Program-made: the position numbers and the translations under genes | The notes under the pieces: generated by a model | What the model was told of the DNA's origin: nothing | Database searches by the model: none | Seen by the model: only the letters and a program-made list of their open reading frames with translations | Shown here: positions 1-9,430 of the stretch, piece by piece | How positions within the stretch are numbered: position 1 is the first letter of the stretch | Layout: each line of letters starts with the position of its first letter | From: Cyanobacteriota bacterium | GTDB taxonomy: Bacteria; Cyanobacteriota; Cyanobacteriia; PCC-6307; Cyanobiaceae | NCBI GenBank assembly: GCA_035285645.1 | Contig: JAYKGR010000021.1 | Span: forward strand, 1 to 63,588 | DNA length: 63,588 nt | Direction of reading: 5' to 3'

Positions 1-11
1 TTCCCCTGCCC

Positions 12-995
12 GTGGCGGAAACCCTCCTCTTCAACGCCCTTCGCGAAGCCATCGACGAAGAAATGGCCCGCGACCCCCACGTCTGCGTGATGGGAGAAGA
101 CGTCGGTCACTACGGCGGGTCTTATAAAGTCACCAAGGATCTCTGCGAGAAATACGGCGAGCTGCGCGTGCTCGACACGCCGATTGCCGAGAACAGTTTC
201 ACCGGCATGGCGGTGGGAGCGGCCATGACAGGCCTGCGCCCGATCGTGGAGGGCATGAACATGGGGTTCCTGCTGCTGGCCTTCAACCAGATCTCCAACA
301 ACATGGGGATGCTGCGCTACACCAGCGGGGGCAATTACACCATTCCCGCAGTGGTGCGGGGCCCCGGTGGGGTCGGCCGTCAGCTGGGCGCTGAGCACAG
401 CCAACGGCTGGAGGCCTATTTCCATGCCATTCCAGGCATCCGCATCGTGGCCTGCAGCACCCCCACCAACGCCAAGGGGCTGATGAAAGCCGCGATCCGC
501 GACGACAACCCAGTGGTGTTTTTTGAGCATGTTCTGCTCTACAACCTTTCCGAAGATTTGCCCGAGGGTGACTACATCTGCGCACTGGATCAAGCCGAAG
601 TGGTGAAACCCGGCACCGATGTGACCATCCTCACCTACTCCCGAATGCGCCACCACTGCCTGAAGGCCGTGGAACAACTGGAGGCCGATGGGGTGAGTGT
701 GGAGCTGATCGACCTGATCAGCCTCAAGCCATTTGACATGGAAACCATCAGCCGTTCGATCCGCAAAACCCACAAGGTGGTGATCGTGGAGGAATGCATG
801 AAAACCGGCGGCATCGGCGCCGAACTCATCGCCCTGATCACCGAGCAGTGCTTCGACGACCTCGACGCCCGCCCCATTCGCCTGTCGTCGCAGGACATCC
901 CCACCCCTTACAACGGCGCCCTGGAAAACCTCACGATCATCCAGCCGCATCAGATCGTGGCTGCCGCACGCCAGCTCAAGGCTGGCGCCCTCTGA
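12..995 (+). CDS. pdhB: Pyruvate dehydrogenase E1 beta subunit
   Basis: 327 aa; [23 protein letters not shown] and GAEHSQRLE motifs of cyanobacterial PdhB; GTG start. Confidence 0.97.
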   Translation: MAETLLFNALREAIDEEMARDPHVCVMGEDVGHYGGSYKVTKDLCEKYGELRVLDTPIAENSFTGMAVGAAMTGLRPIVEGMNMGFLLLAFNQISNNMGMLRYTSGGNYTIPAVVRGPGGVGRQLGAEHSQRLEAYFHAIPGIRIVACSTPTNAKGLMKAAIRDDNPVVFFEHVLLYNLSEDLPEGDYICALDQAEVVKPGTDVTILTYSRMRHHCLKAVEQLEADGVSVELIDLISLKPFDMETISRSIRKTHKVVIVEECMKTGGIGAELIALITEQCFDDLDARPIRLSSQDIPTPYNGALENLTIIQPHQIVAAARQLKAGAL

Positions 996-999
996 GTCG

Positions 1000-2499
1000 A
1001 TGGCACGTCAACAAGGATGGTTCGCGCTGATCCTGGCGCTGGCCATCGCGGCAGCTGCGCTGCTGTTCACCTTTCCGCTGCAGTTGGGCCTCGATCTGCG
1101 GGGAGGCAGCCAGCTCACCCTTCAGGTGCAGCCCGCCGGCGCCATCCGCCGAGTGGAAGCCGAGCAGCTGGAAGCGGTGAAGGAGGTGCTGGAGCGGCGG
1201 ATCAACGGCCTGGGTGTCGCCGAATCCACCTTGCAGACCGTGGGTCGCGACAAGCTGGTGCTGCAGCTGCCCGGTGAACAGAACCCGAGCCGAGCCGCTC
1301 GGGTGCTGGGCACCACAGCGCTGCTCGAATTCCGTGCCCAGCGACCGGGCACGGAGCAGGAGATGCAGGGCCTCCTGCAACTCAAGCGCCAGGCCGAGGC
1401 GGTGGTGGCGGCCCGCAGGCCGCAGGCGATCGATGGCACAGCTGTCACCACACCCCGAGAGAAACCCACGATCAAGGCCGATGAGCTCGCCAAGGCGCTC
1501 AGCGGCCTGGGTCTGCAGGTGCCCGCCGGCAGCAGTGAAACCGATCAACTCGAACTCCTGCTGGCGGAGGTCAATCGCCGCATCCTGCCGCTGTATGGAC
1601 CCGCTGAGCTCAGCGGCCGCGACCTCACCAGTGCGGGGCGCCAGCAGCAGCAGACCGGCAGTGGCTGGGATGTGACCCTGGGCTTCAACCGCACCGGCGG
1701 TGAGCAATTCGCCCGCCTCACCCAGGCGATCGCCGGCACGGGCCGCGTGCTCGGCATCGTGTTGGATGGCCGTTCGATCAGCGAAGCCACGGTGGGGCCG
1801 GAATTCAAGGCCGCCGGCATCACCGGCGGCGCCGCCACCATCACAGGAAATTTCACTGCCGAAGAGGCCCGGGAGCTGGAGGTGCAGCTCCGCGGGGGCT
1901 CGCTGCCCCTGCCGGTGAAGATCATCGAACAACGCAGCGTGGGGCCCTCCCTGGGTGCGGAAAATGTACGCAACAGCCTCATCGCCGGCCTCACCGGCCT
2001 GGCCTTGGTGGCGGTGTTCATGGTGGTGATGTACCGCTTGCCCGGTGTGGTGGCCGTGCTGGCTCTCGCTCTGTATGCGCTGTTCAATCTGGCGGTCTAC
2101 AGCTTGATCCCCGTCACCTTGACCTTGCCGGGGATCGCCGGTTTCATCCTCTCCATCGGCATCGCCGTCGATGCCAACGTGCTCATCTTTGAGCGGGTCA
2201 AAGAGGAACTGCGCGCAGGCAACACGTTGATCCGCTCCATCGATGCCGGCTTCTCCCTAGCGCTGTCGTCGATCGTGGATGGTCATGCCACCGGCCTGAT
2301 CAGCTGCGCAGCCCTCTTCGCCTTGGGCACCGGACTGGTGAAGGGGTTTGCCGTCACCCTGGCGATTGGCCTGCTGCTGAGCCTGTTCACCGCACTCACC
2401 TGCACGCGCACGCTTCTGCGCCTGCTGATGAGTTATCCGGCCCTGCGACGCCCCGCCTACTTCATCCCCGCCGGAGACCTGCCGGCAACCTCGGCCTGA
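1000..2499 (+). CDS. secD: Protein translocase subunit SecD
   Basis: LGLDLRGG, RINGLGVAE, GSLPLP..VGPSLG and AVDANVLIFERVKEE motifs. Confidence 0.97.
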   Translation: MARQQGWFALILALAIAAAALLFTFPLQLGLDLRGGSQLTLQVQPAGAIRRVEAEQLEAVKEVLERRINGLGVAESTLQTVGRDKLVLQLPGEQNPSRAARVLGTTALLEFRAQRPGTEQEMQGLLQLKRQAEAVVAARRPQAIDGTAVTTPREKPTIKADELAKALSGLGLQVPAGSSETDQLELLLAEVNRRILPLYGPAELSGRDLTSAGRQQQQTGSGWDVTLGFNRTGGEQFARLTQAIAGTGRVLGIVLDGRSISEATVGPEFKAAGITGGAATITGNFTAEEARELEVQLRGGSLPLPVKIIEQRSVGPSLGAENVRNSLIAGLTGLALVAVFMVVMYRLPGVVAVLALALYALFNLAVYSLIPVTLTLPGIAGFILSIGIAVDANVLIFERVKEELRAGNTLIRSIDAGFSLALSSIVDGHATGLISCAALFALGTGLVKGFAVTLAIGLLLSLFTALTCTRTLLRLLMSYPALRRPAYFIPAGDLPATSA

Positions 2500-2511
2500 G
2501 CCTGTTTCGTT

Positions 2512-3417
2512 GTGATCGCATCGACTCCCCGTTTCCGCATCAATCGCCATCGAAAACTGGCCTGGCTGGGCTCGAGCCTGGCCGTGGCACTCAGCCTGTT
2601 GGGCCTGCTGCTGAACTGGACCAATCCCAGCATCGGCCTGCCGCTGCGGCCGGGCCTGGATTTCACCGGTGGCAGCCAGATCCAGGTGGAGCGAGCCTGC
2701 GGCAGCAGCTGTTCACCCCTGGCGGCCAGCACGGTGCAGCAACAGATTCCGGGGGCCACGGTGCTGGTGCTTGATGGGGGTCGATCGCTGCTGGTGCGCC
2801 TGCCAGCCCTCAGCCCCGAGGAGGGTCAGGCTGTTGTCGGGCAGTTGAACACCCTGGCGGGCCCACTCAACCCCGAGCAGACCTCCATTGACACCATCGG
2901 TCCCACCCTTGGGGAGCAGCTGCTGCGGGGCAGCCTCATCTCTCTGCTGGTCAGCTTCGCGGCGATCGCGGCCTACATCACCCTCCGCTACAGCGGAGTG
3001 TTCGCATTCCTGGCGCTGTTGTGCCTGGCCCATGATGTGGTCATCACCTGCGGGGCATTTGCCTGGCTGGGCCTCTGGCGAGGGGTGGAGGTTGACTCGC
3101 TGTTTGCCGTGGCCCTGATCACGGTGGCCGGATACTCGGTGAACGACACAGTGGTGATCTACGACCGGATCCGGGAGCAGCGCCGGCGCGACCCCCAACG
3201 CGCTGTCGCCGATCAGGTGGACTTGGCGGTGGATGCCACCCTCACCCGCTCGCTTTACACCTCGCTGACAACTCTGCTGCCATTGATCGGTCTGATCGCC
3301 TTCGGCGGCAGTTCCCTCTCCTGGTTTGCCGTGGCTCTCACCATTGGGATCGCCGTGGGCAGCTGGTCGAGCATCGGTGTAGCCCCAACCCTGCTGCCGC
3401 TGCTGCTGCGGCGCTGA
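2512..3417 (+). CDS. secF: Protein translocase subunit SecF
   Basis: GLDFTGG, IGPTLG and GYSVNDTVVIYDRIRE motifs; follows secD. Confidence 0.96.
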   Translation: MIASTPRFRINRHRKLAWLGSSLAVALSLLGLLLNWTNPSIGLPLRPGLDFTGGSQIQVERACGSSCSPLAASTVQQQIPGATVLVLDGGRSLLVRLPALSPEEGQAVVGQLNTLAGPLNPEQTSIDTIGPTLGEQLLRGSLISLLVSFAAIAAYITLRYSGVFAFLALLCLAHDVVITCGAFAWLGLWRGVEVDSLFAVALITVAGYSVNDTVVIYDRIREQRRRDPQRAVADQVDLAVDATLTRSLYTSLTTLLPLIGLIAFGGSSLSWFAVALTIGIAVGSWSSIGVAPTLLPLLLRR

Positions 3418-3428
3418 GGGTCGTTTCC

Positions 3429-3629
3429 ATGAAGCGATGGCGATCGCAATGGGTACCGGCTCTGCTGCTGACGCTGGCCCTGGCAGACCTGCGGGTTGAA
3501 CTGCGCCTGCTGTTCGATGCGTTCACCGTCACCGCCCTGCTGAACGCCGTGCTCAGCCATCCTCTCGCGGTCGCTGTGCTGATCCTGCAACCTTCACTGT
3601 GGCGCCGCTTCCATGCCACCGGTCCATGA
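3429..3629 (+). CDS. Small hydrophobic hypothetical protein (66 aa)
   Basis: ATG 11 nt after the secF stop; hydrophobic segments; host-like codons; 3' end overlaps the convergent AI-2E gene. Confidence 0.6.
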   Translation: MKRWRSQWVPALLLTLALADLRVELRLLFDAFTVTALLNAVLSHPLAVAVLILQPSLWRRFHATGP

Positions 3630-4623
3630 TGTCGCGCACCAGCACCTGACGGCCCACCACCTGCAGCACCAGCACCAGGGGCAGGGCGAGGAGCAGACCG
3701 GGCAGGCCCAGCAGGGCGCCGAGGCTGAGCTGGGCCATCAGAGCCACGGTGGGCAGCAGGTGGGCGGTGCGACGGAGCAGCAGGGGCGTGAGCACGAAAG
3801 CCTCAAGGTTCTGCAGCACCAGGCGCAGCACGAGCACCTGCGCCAGCTTGAGCGGCGACACCACCAGGCTCACCGCCATGGGCAGGAGCGTGGCGGCTGT
3901 GGGGCCCACCGTGGGAACAAACGTGAGCAGGCCACACACCAGGGCACTGAGAAGGGCGAGGGGCACCTGCAGCAGGGCCAGACCGGCCCAGGTGAGGAGA
4001 AACACCACCAGGGCGGAGAGGGTCATGCCAGCGAGCCAGCCCCCCAGCACTTCGCGGCAATCCCGCAGCAGGTCGCGCATGCGCGACCTGTAAAAGCGGG
4101 GCGTGGCCGCCACCACGATCGCCTGATGACTGCGGGGATCCAGGGCCAGCAGGGCAGCCAGCAACACCATCAGCACAACCTGCAGCGTGATGTTGGCGGC
4201 TCCTCCGGCCACACCAAGCAACTGGCTGCCCAGGGGTTGCAAGCGCTGCCAGTCGGGGCCGTCTGCCAGTTGCCGTTGCAGGGTTTCGACTCCCGGCGCC
4301 AGCCCCCGGATCGATCCCATCAGATCCAGCACCTGCCGCAGCAGGGTCGGAGCCAACCGACGCAATGTTTCCACCTGCTCCAGCACTTCTGGCAGGAGCA
4401 ACGACACCAGTTGGCTACCCACCACCACCACCACCAGCAACACCAACAGCAGCGCGATCGACCGGGGGATCGGTAGCCAACGGCGCAGCAGGCTGATGGG
4501 CACATCCAGGGCCACGGCCAGCACCACGGCACCGAAAAGGATCATCAGCACCCAGCGCAGCTGCCAGGCCAGCAGCGCCAGAGCCACCAGGGCCAGGGAT
4601 CCCAGCAGCGCCCGGCCCGTCAT
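3553..4623 (-). CDS. AI-2E family (UPF0118) transporter
   Basis: Multi-TM protein with LTFVPTVGP and QNLEAFVLTP; start placed at MTGRALL, overlapping the upstream paralog stop. Confidence 0.88.
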   Translation of the reverse strand: MTGRALLGSLALVALALLAWQLRWVLMILFGAVVLAVALDVPISLLRRWLPIPRSIALLLVLLVVVVVGSQLVSLLLPEVLEQVETLRRLAPTLLRQVLDLMGSIRGLAPGVETLQRQLADGPDWQRLQPLGSQLLGVAGGAANITLQVVLMVLLAALLALDPRSHQAIVVAATPRFYRSRMRDLLRDCREVLGGWLAGMTLSALVVFLLTWAGLALLQVPLALLSALVCGLLTFVPTVGPTAATLLPMAVSLVVSPLKLAQVLVLRLVLQNLEAFVLTPLLLRRTAHLLPTVALMAQLSLGALLGLPGLLLALPLVLVLQVVGRQVLVRDIMDRWHGSGATVKVAGSAQRPREDG

Positions 4624-5702
4624 GTCCGCTTCCGCTTCCAGGGATCCAGCACGTCGTGGATGAGAATGTCTCGCACGATCACCTGCAGACAAACCGCCAG
4701 CGGCAGAGCCAACAGCAGCCCCAGAGGGCCAAACAGCACGGTAAACACCAGCTGAGCCATGAGGGTGAGCCCCGGCAGCAAACGCAGCTGGTGGTGCATC
4801 ACCGAAGGGGTAATCAGATAACTCTCCAGGTTTTGCACCACGACATAGAGCAGGAGCACCGCAAAAGCCTTCCAAGGGGCCTCCAGCAGCGCTACCGACA
4901 TCGGGAACACGGTGCTGAGCGTTGGGCCGATATTGGGGATCACATTGAGGAGGCCCGCCAGCACGGCGTTGGCGGCCACCAGCTTCACCCCGAGCAACGA
5001 CAGGCCGATGGCTGCCAACAACCCCACCGCCAGCGAACTGATCAGCACGCCCACCATCCAGGCGCTCAACGCCTCGCCGCACTGGCGCAGCACCTCACGC
5101 AGGCGGCGCCGGTAAAACGAGGGAGCCAGCAGCAGCGCCACATCGCGGTAGGCCGTGGGCTGGGCGGTGATCATCAGAGCAACAGCCAGCACAAACAGGG
5201 TTTGCAGCAGGCCGCTGCCCACATTTCCCGCCAGGCCGAGGAGGCGAACCGCCCCGCCCCCGAGGCCCTCGGCCAAGGCTGCGCGGTTGTTGCCCCCCGC
5301 CCCCAGCAGGCTCTCGCGCACCCAGGCGAAGCCCCCCTCATCTTGGAGAGCAGCGCTGCCGTAGATCATGCGGGCGCCGCTGCGCAGCGCCTGCCGGATG
5401 ATCTCCATGAGTTCGCCGGCAGCCTCTGGCACCTTCTCCAGCAGCTGAGCAAACTGATCGAGAAACGGCGGAATGATCGCCGTGGCGGCCACCACCACCA
5501 CAAGGCCGATCAGCAGCAGGGAGAGCACCACGGCAAGGGGTCGAGCACAACCCAGCCGCTGGCGCAGCCAACCCACCAGGGTGCAAAGCGCCATGGCCAG
5601 CACAAGGGCTGCCAGCAGCAGGATCAGGGTTTCGCGCAAACACCAGAGCAGCACCAGGGCTGCAACCAGAGCCACCAATCCCAGCCAGTTGCCGAACGTC
5701 AA
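4620..5702 (-). CDS. AI-2E family (UPF0118) transporter, paralog
   Basis: LNVIPNIGP and [10 protein letters not shown] motifs; multi-TM. Confidence 0.9.
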   Translation of the reverse strand: MTFGNWLGLVALVAALVLLWCLRETLILLLAALVLAMALCTLVGWLRQRLGCARPLAVVLSLLLIGLVVVVAATAIIPPFLDQFAQLLEKVPEAAGELMEIIRQALRSGARMIYGSAALQDEGGFAWVRESLLGAGGNNRAALAEGLGGGAVRLLGLAGNVGSGLLQTLFVLAVALMITAQPTAYRDVALLLAPSFYRRRLREVLRQCGEALSAWMVGVLISSLAVGLLAAIGLSLLGVKLVAANAVLAGLLNVIPNIGPTLSTVFPMSVALLEAPWKAFAVLLLYVVVQNLESYLITPSVMHHQLRLLPGLTLMAQLVFTVLFGPLGLLLALPLAVCLQVIVRDILIHDVLDPWKRKRT

Positions 5703-6076
5703 GCGTCGCTGCCGTCGGCGGCGGCAGCCGCTTCATCACCGCTGCCGGCAAAGCCCAGATCGTGGCTGTCGGCATAACGCTGGGCAAAGCGCATGAAGCG
5801 CTCAAAATCAGCCACGCTCTTCCAGGTGAAGGTGGCCTCCAGAGCGCTGGCCTTGCCATTGACAAAGCGCGCTTTCACATCGCGGGTCACCAGTTCACCC
5901 TCCTCATCCACCATGAACATGCCGGTGATATCCCCCATGGCCTCCGGTGCCAGGGCATCGGGCTCCTCGAACACAAACAGGGCCTGACCGGTGCGGCCAT
6001 CGCGGGAGCGGGTGAGTCGGATATCGGGCACCACCGGTTCGTCCACACCCCTGAAAAACTGGATGGAGGCAGCCAT
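5699..6076 (-). CDS. psb28: Photosystem II assembly factor Psb28
   Basis: [23 protein letters not shown]...[11 protein letters not shown] signature. Confidence 0.96.
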   Translation of the reverse strand: MAASIQFFRGVDEPVVPDIRLTRSRDGRTGQALFVFEEPDALAPEAMGDITGMFMVDEEGELVTRDVKARFVNGKASALEATFTWKSVADFERFMRFAQRYADSHDLGFAGSGDEAAAAADGSDA

Positions 6077-6178
6077 GGCACCCTGGTAAAGCCGGATCCT
6101 AGGCAGCCTCCGGCGCCCCGCCAGCGGATCCGCCTGACATAGTGGGCCCTGCTGGCTGCCTCCCAGGCTGGGTTTTCG

Positions 6179-6943
6179 ATGCTTTCCGGTGTTCCGGCCG
6201 CCTCCAACCTCCGCTCCGGTGCCGAGGGCGGCGCCGATCAGCTTCTCGCCCGCTTCCTCGACGCGTCGGCGCGCCTGCGTCGCGCTCTATTGCCCGAAAT
6301 TCTGAGGCGGCGCTCGGAGCTGGTACCCCTGATTCCCGGGCGCCTCAGCACCTTGGACGCCGACAGCGACGACTGGGCGGCCGGCCTGCTGATTCAGCTG
6401 GTGGTGACGGGCGACGACAGTCCCGCCGCCACTGACCTGCTGGCCCGCTACCCCGAGGGCTGGCTCAACGCCTCCAGCGCCGCTGGACTCGACTACGGGC
6501 CCTTACAACGCCAGTTGATGGCGGCCGCGTTTGAAGAGGCCGATCGGCTCACGAGCGAAGCCTTGCGGCAGTTGGCCGGTGCTGGGGCGGTGCAGCGCGG
6601 CTATGTGTATTACAGCGAGGTGGCCACGATGCCCGGCCTCGACCTGGAGAGCCTCGACCGCCTCTGGGTGTGCTATTCCCGCGGGCGCTTCGGTTTCTCG
6701 GTACAGGGGCGCCTACTACAGGCCTGTGGTGGGCGCTGGGATCGGCTCTGGCCGCGCATCGGCTGGAAAGCTGCTGGGGTCTGGACCCGCTACCCCGGCT
6801 CGTTCACCTGGTCGCATGAGGCGCCAGAAGGACATCTTCCCCTTGTGAATCAGTTGCGGGGGGTACGCCTGATGGATGCTCTGCTGCATCATCCGGCGCT
6901 CAGCAGGCGCACGAACGCTGGTCAAAGGCCACCCGCGCGTTAG
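6179..6943 (+). CDS. gun4: GUN4 domain protein (Mg-chelatase activator)
   Basis: [32 protein letters not shown] and APEGHLP motifs. Confidence 0.92.
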   Translation: MLSGVPAASNLRSGAEGGADQLLARFLDASARLRRALLPEILRRRSELVPLIPGRLSTLDADSDDWAAGLLIQLVVTGDDSPAATDLLARYPEGWLNASSAAGLDYGPLQRQLMAAAFEEADRLTSEALRQLAGAGAVQRGYVYYSEVATMPGLDLESLDRLWVCYSRGRFGFSVQGRLLQACGGRWDRLWPRIGWKAAGVWTRYPGSFTWSHEAPEGHLPLVNQLRGVRLMDALLHHPALSRRTNAGQRPPAR

Positions 6944-6977
6944 CGTCACAGAAACGACGCCGGGCAGATCCGCACCG

Positions 6978-7418
6978 ATGACGCTGCGCTGGGCCGATTT
7001 CATCTGGGCCGACTTCGTCACCCCGTCGACGCTGCATCTGACCCCGCTGGTGGATCTCTTGCTGGAGCCGGCCGGACAGGCCCCGTTGCGCTTGGAACTG
7101 GCGCTGGGGCTGCAGGAGGCACTCGTGAACGCCGTTCGCCATGGCAATGGCTGCGATCCAGCGAAATGCTTGCGGATTCGCCGGATCCTCACCCCACGCT
7201 GGCTGATCTGGCAGGTGCAAGACGAAGGTCCTGGCGTGGCACCCAACCGCCGCTGCCGTCACCTGCCCGACTGCGAAGCCAGCCCCAACGGCCGAGGTCT
7301 TTTTCTGATTCATCACTGTTTCGATGATGTGCGCTGGAGCGCACGGGGCAACCGTCTGCAGTTGGCGGTGCGACGCGGTCGCCTTAGCGCCCGTGGCTGG
7401 GGCAGCCCGGATCGCTGA
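6978..7418 (+). CDS. Anti-sigma-factor-like ATP-binding protein (HATPase_c, RsbW/PmgA-like)
   Basis: LQEALVNAVRHGN, VQDEGPG and GRGLFLI motifs; start moved to MTLRWADF. Confidence 0.85.
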   Translation: MTLRWADFIWADFVTPSTLHLTPLVDLLLEPAGQAPLRLELALGLQEALVNAVRHGNGCDPAKCLRIRRILTPRWLIWQVQDEGPGVAPNRRCRHLPDCEASPNGRGLFLIHHCFDDVRWSARGNRLQLAVRRGRLSARGWGSPDR

Positions 7419-7689
7419 TGTCGGCCCGCAGCCAGGCGAGGGCATGCTCCAGTAGCGCCACGGCGTCCAGCCGGGCGGCCGTGGGCGTGCTCTGGGCTGG
7501 ATGATCGGCGGCCAGCAGCTGCACCAGGGCTGCCGCGATCTGTTCGGCAGCCCGGCGTGGACGCTGACGTTTGAGGCGATGCCAATCGCGCTCTGCGATG
7601 GCCAACTGGCGTTGCAGGGCCGTGGCCGTGGCAAGAGCTTCGGCAGGCCAGCTGTCGGCCGGAGTGGTGGGCGCGGAATCCGCGATCAT
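7384..7689 (-). CDS. Conserved cyanobacterial hypothetical protein (DUF6439-like)
   Basis: RDWHRLK..RRAAEQ and WLRADISDPGCPSHG pattern; family name from memory. Confidence 0.75.
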   Translation of the reverse strand: MIADSAPTTPADSWPAEALATATALQRQLAIAERDWHRLKRQRPRRAAEQIAAALVQLLAADHPAQSTPTAARLDAVALLEHALAWLRADISDPGCPSHGR

Positions 7690-7801
7690 GGGATTAGTGG
7701 ACAAAGGGAAGGGTGAGGAGCATCCTGGCGCCATGAGGCGACAACGGCCGCTGCGACTGCTGCATCACCTGGCGGTGCCCCTGGCTTTGTCGGCCCGGGC
7801 C

Positions 7802-7990
7802 ATGCCATCCGATGATCAGCCATGGCCGGCATCTCTGCGTCGCCGCCGCCAGCGGCTGGCCCTGGCGCAGCGGTTGCTGGATCCACTGCCAGACGCCCTC
7901 AAGGCTCCACTCACGGGCGACGGACCGTTGTGGCAGGCGTTGCGCTGGGGCACACCAGCCCTGCTGCTCGGCTGGTGGCTAGGCCGCTAG
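7802..7990 (+). CDS. Small hypothetical membrane-anchored protein
   Basis: C-terminal WQALRWGTPALLLGWWLGR; start uncertain (7802 or about 7733). Confidence 0.5.
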   Translation: MPSDDQPWPASLRRRRQRLALAQRLLDPLPDALKAPLTGDGPLWQALRWGTPALLLGWWLGR

Positions 7991-9045
7991 GCCGGGCGAC
8001 GGGCGCTCCATACCCGGGTCATGAAGTGAGACACGGCAGGGCCCGGCACAAAGCCTGCTGCCTTCAGCCGGGCGGGAATGTCTTCACGGATGTAGCTGGG
8101 GTAGTAAGGCTCATGGAAGATGCGACTGAAGTTGCGCATGGCCACCGCAAAATCAGGCGAATCGGCCAGCTGCACCGAATCGGCCATCACCAGCACACCA
8201 CCGGGTTCGAGCACACGAAATGCCTCGGCCAACACATTCAGCCGCGCCTCAGGAGGCAATTCATGCAGCAGAAACACGCAGGTGATCGCCTGAAGGCTTT
8301 GATCCGCAAAGGGCAGAGTCTCGCCGTTGCCCTGCACCAACTGGGGCAACTCGCCGGGAAGCTGACTCAACCAGCGGTTGGCCTGGCGGAGGTAGGCGGC
8401 GGAAAGGTCAAGACCGATCAGCTGGGCCTGGGGCAGGGCACCGCGAAGCTGCCGCAGGGTCCTTCCGGTGCCACAGGCCAGATCCAGCACCCGCAAGGAG
8501 GCGGCAGGGCGATCAGCAAAGGCCGCCAGGCCATCAAGCAAGGGTCGAATGACCCGCCGGCGCATCGGATCGGCGGTGCCGTTGAACAGGATTTCCACCT
8601 GCAGGTCATAGAGAGCGGCTGAGTGATCGCTCAGATAGCCATCTGTTTGATGATGAAAATTCTGGAGGTAGTACTCCGGGTAGGTACCCTGGTCGCTGTC
8701 ACGCGGCAGATCGCGCACCTGGCGCCGCTGTCGCCGGGCCCAGGTGGCGGGCATGTCGAGCCACACCAAGGGATAGCGAGCCGCCCAATCGAGCCAGGGG
8801 GCGTCGAACAGGAGGGAGGCGGGATAGAGACCCTGCTCGGCTTCACTCCAGTCCAGATCAAGCAGGCGGTCCATGGCCTGGCGAAGTCCCTGCAACTGCT
8901 GCTCGGAGAGAGGCTCGGTGGGAGCCACGCTGTCGGGGGCCACCGCACGCATCAGCCGGTTGCTGGCCTCCTTATGCACCAAACCCATCAGGCTCTTGCC
9001 CTGCTGAAGGGTGCGATAGGCCAGCTGAGCGAGGGGGTCGGCCAT
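7987..9045 (-). CDS. Class I SAM-dependent methyltransferase
   Basis: VLDLACGTG motif I; YYLQNFHHQTDGYLS..YDLQVEILFNG conserved block; start at MADPLAQ. Confidence 0.92.
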   Translation of the reverse strand: MADPLAQLAYRTLQQGKSLMGLVHKEASNRLMRAVAPDSVAPTEPLSEQQLQGLRQAMDRLLDLDWSEAEQGLYPASLLFDAPWLDWAARYPLVWLDMPATWARRQRRQVRDLPRDSDQGTYPEYYLQNFHHQTDGYLSDHSAALYDLQVEILFNGTADPMRRRVIRPLLDGLAAFADRPAASLRVLDLACGTGRTLRQLRGALPQAQLIGLDLSAAYLRQANRWLSQLPGELPQLVQGNGETLPFADQSLQAITCVFLLHELPPEARLNVLAEAFRVLEPGGVLVMADSVQLADSPDFAVAMRNFSRIFHEPYYPSYIREDIPARLKAAGFVPGPAVSHFMTRVWSARRPA

Positions 9046-9129
9046 CGGTAGGGCAGCGCGCGATCGGATGGGCCCTATTCCAACAGGTTTGGCAGCTCTT
9101 TGAAGACCCGTGAAGCAAGCCAGGTTTGA

Positions 9130-9143
9130 GTAGCAACCGCTAC
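9130..9143. promoter_or_regulatory. Consensus NtcA binding site GTAGCAACCGCTAC
   Basis: Exact GTA-N8-TAC, extended dyad GTAGC-N4-GCTAC, 3' A; intergenic, 35 nt before ATG 9179. Confidence 0.75.
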
Positions 9144-9178
9144 AGACTGAATGGAGCAACCCAGCCTGGGAGGGAACC

Positions 9179-9430
9179 ATGACAGACATGCACAAGCCAA
9201 CGGGGCCCGCCGCACCCGAATTTCTGGCCTGGGCCAACGAACACCAGCGCCAGCGGCGGCGTCACAATGCCGTTCTGGCCCAGATCACCGAACATCCCGA
9301 CCCCCACAGTGACAAGGAGACCATGGCGCAACAGCAGGCCTGGGCACGACTCCGCCAGCACGACCGCCGCCTGAAAGACAGCTCCATGGCGCAGATTCGC
9401 CACCACAGCCATGGTGATCAGACCCAATGA
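9179..9430 (+). CDS. 83-aa Arg/His/Gln-rich two-repeat protein; candidate glutamine synthetase inactivating factor (IF7/Gif-like)
   Basis: SD-like GGGAGGGA just upstream; host-like codons; repeat AWA-x14-AQI-x2-H twice; NtcA box upstream. Confidence refers to it being a gene; the function is a hypothesis. Confidence 0.7.
   Translation: MTDMHKPTGPAAPEFLAWANEHQRQRRRHNAVLAQITEHPDPHSDKETMAQQQAWARLRQHDRRLKDSSMAQIRHHSHGDQTQ

Noticed and set aside
4419-4450. CAC/CCA triplet run reading as poly-His on the plus strand
   Set aside because: It is the antisense of the LLVLLVVVVV transmembrane helix in the AI-2E gene.
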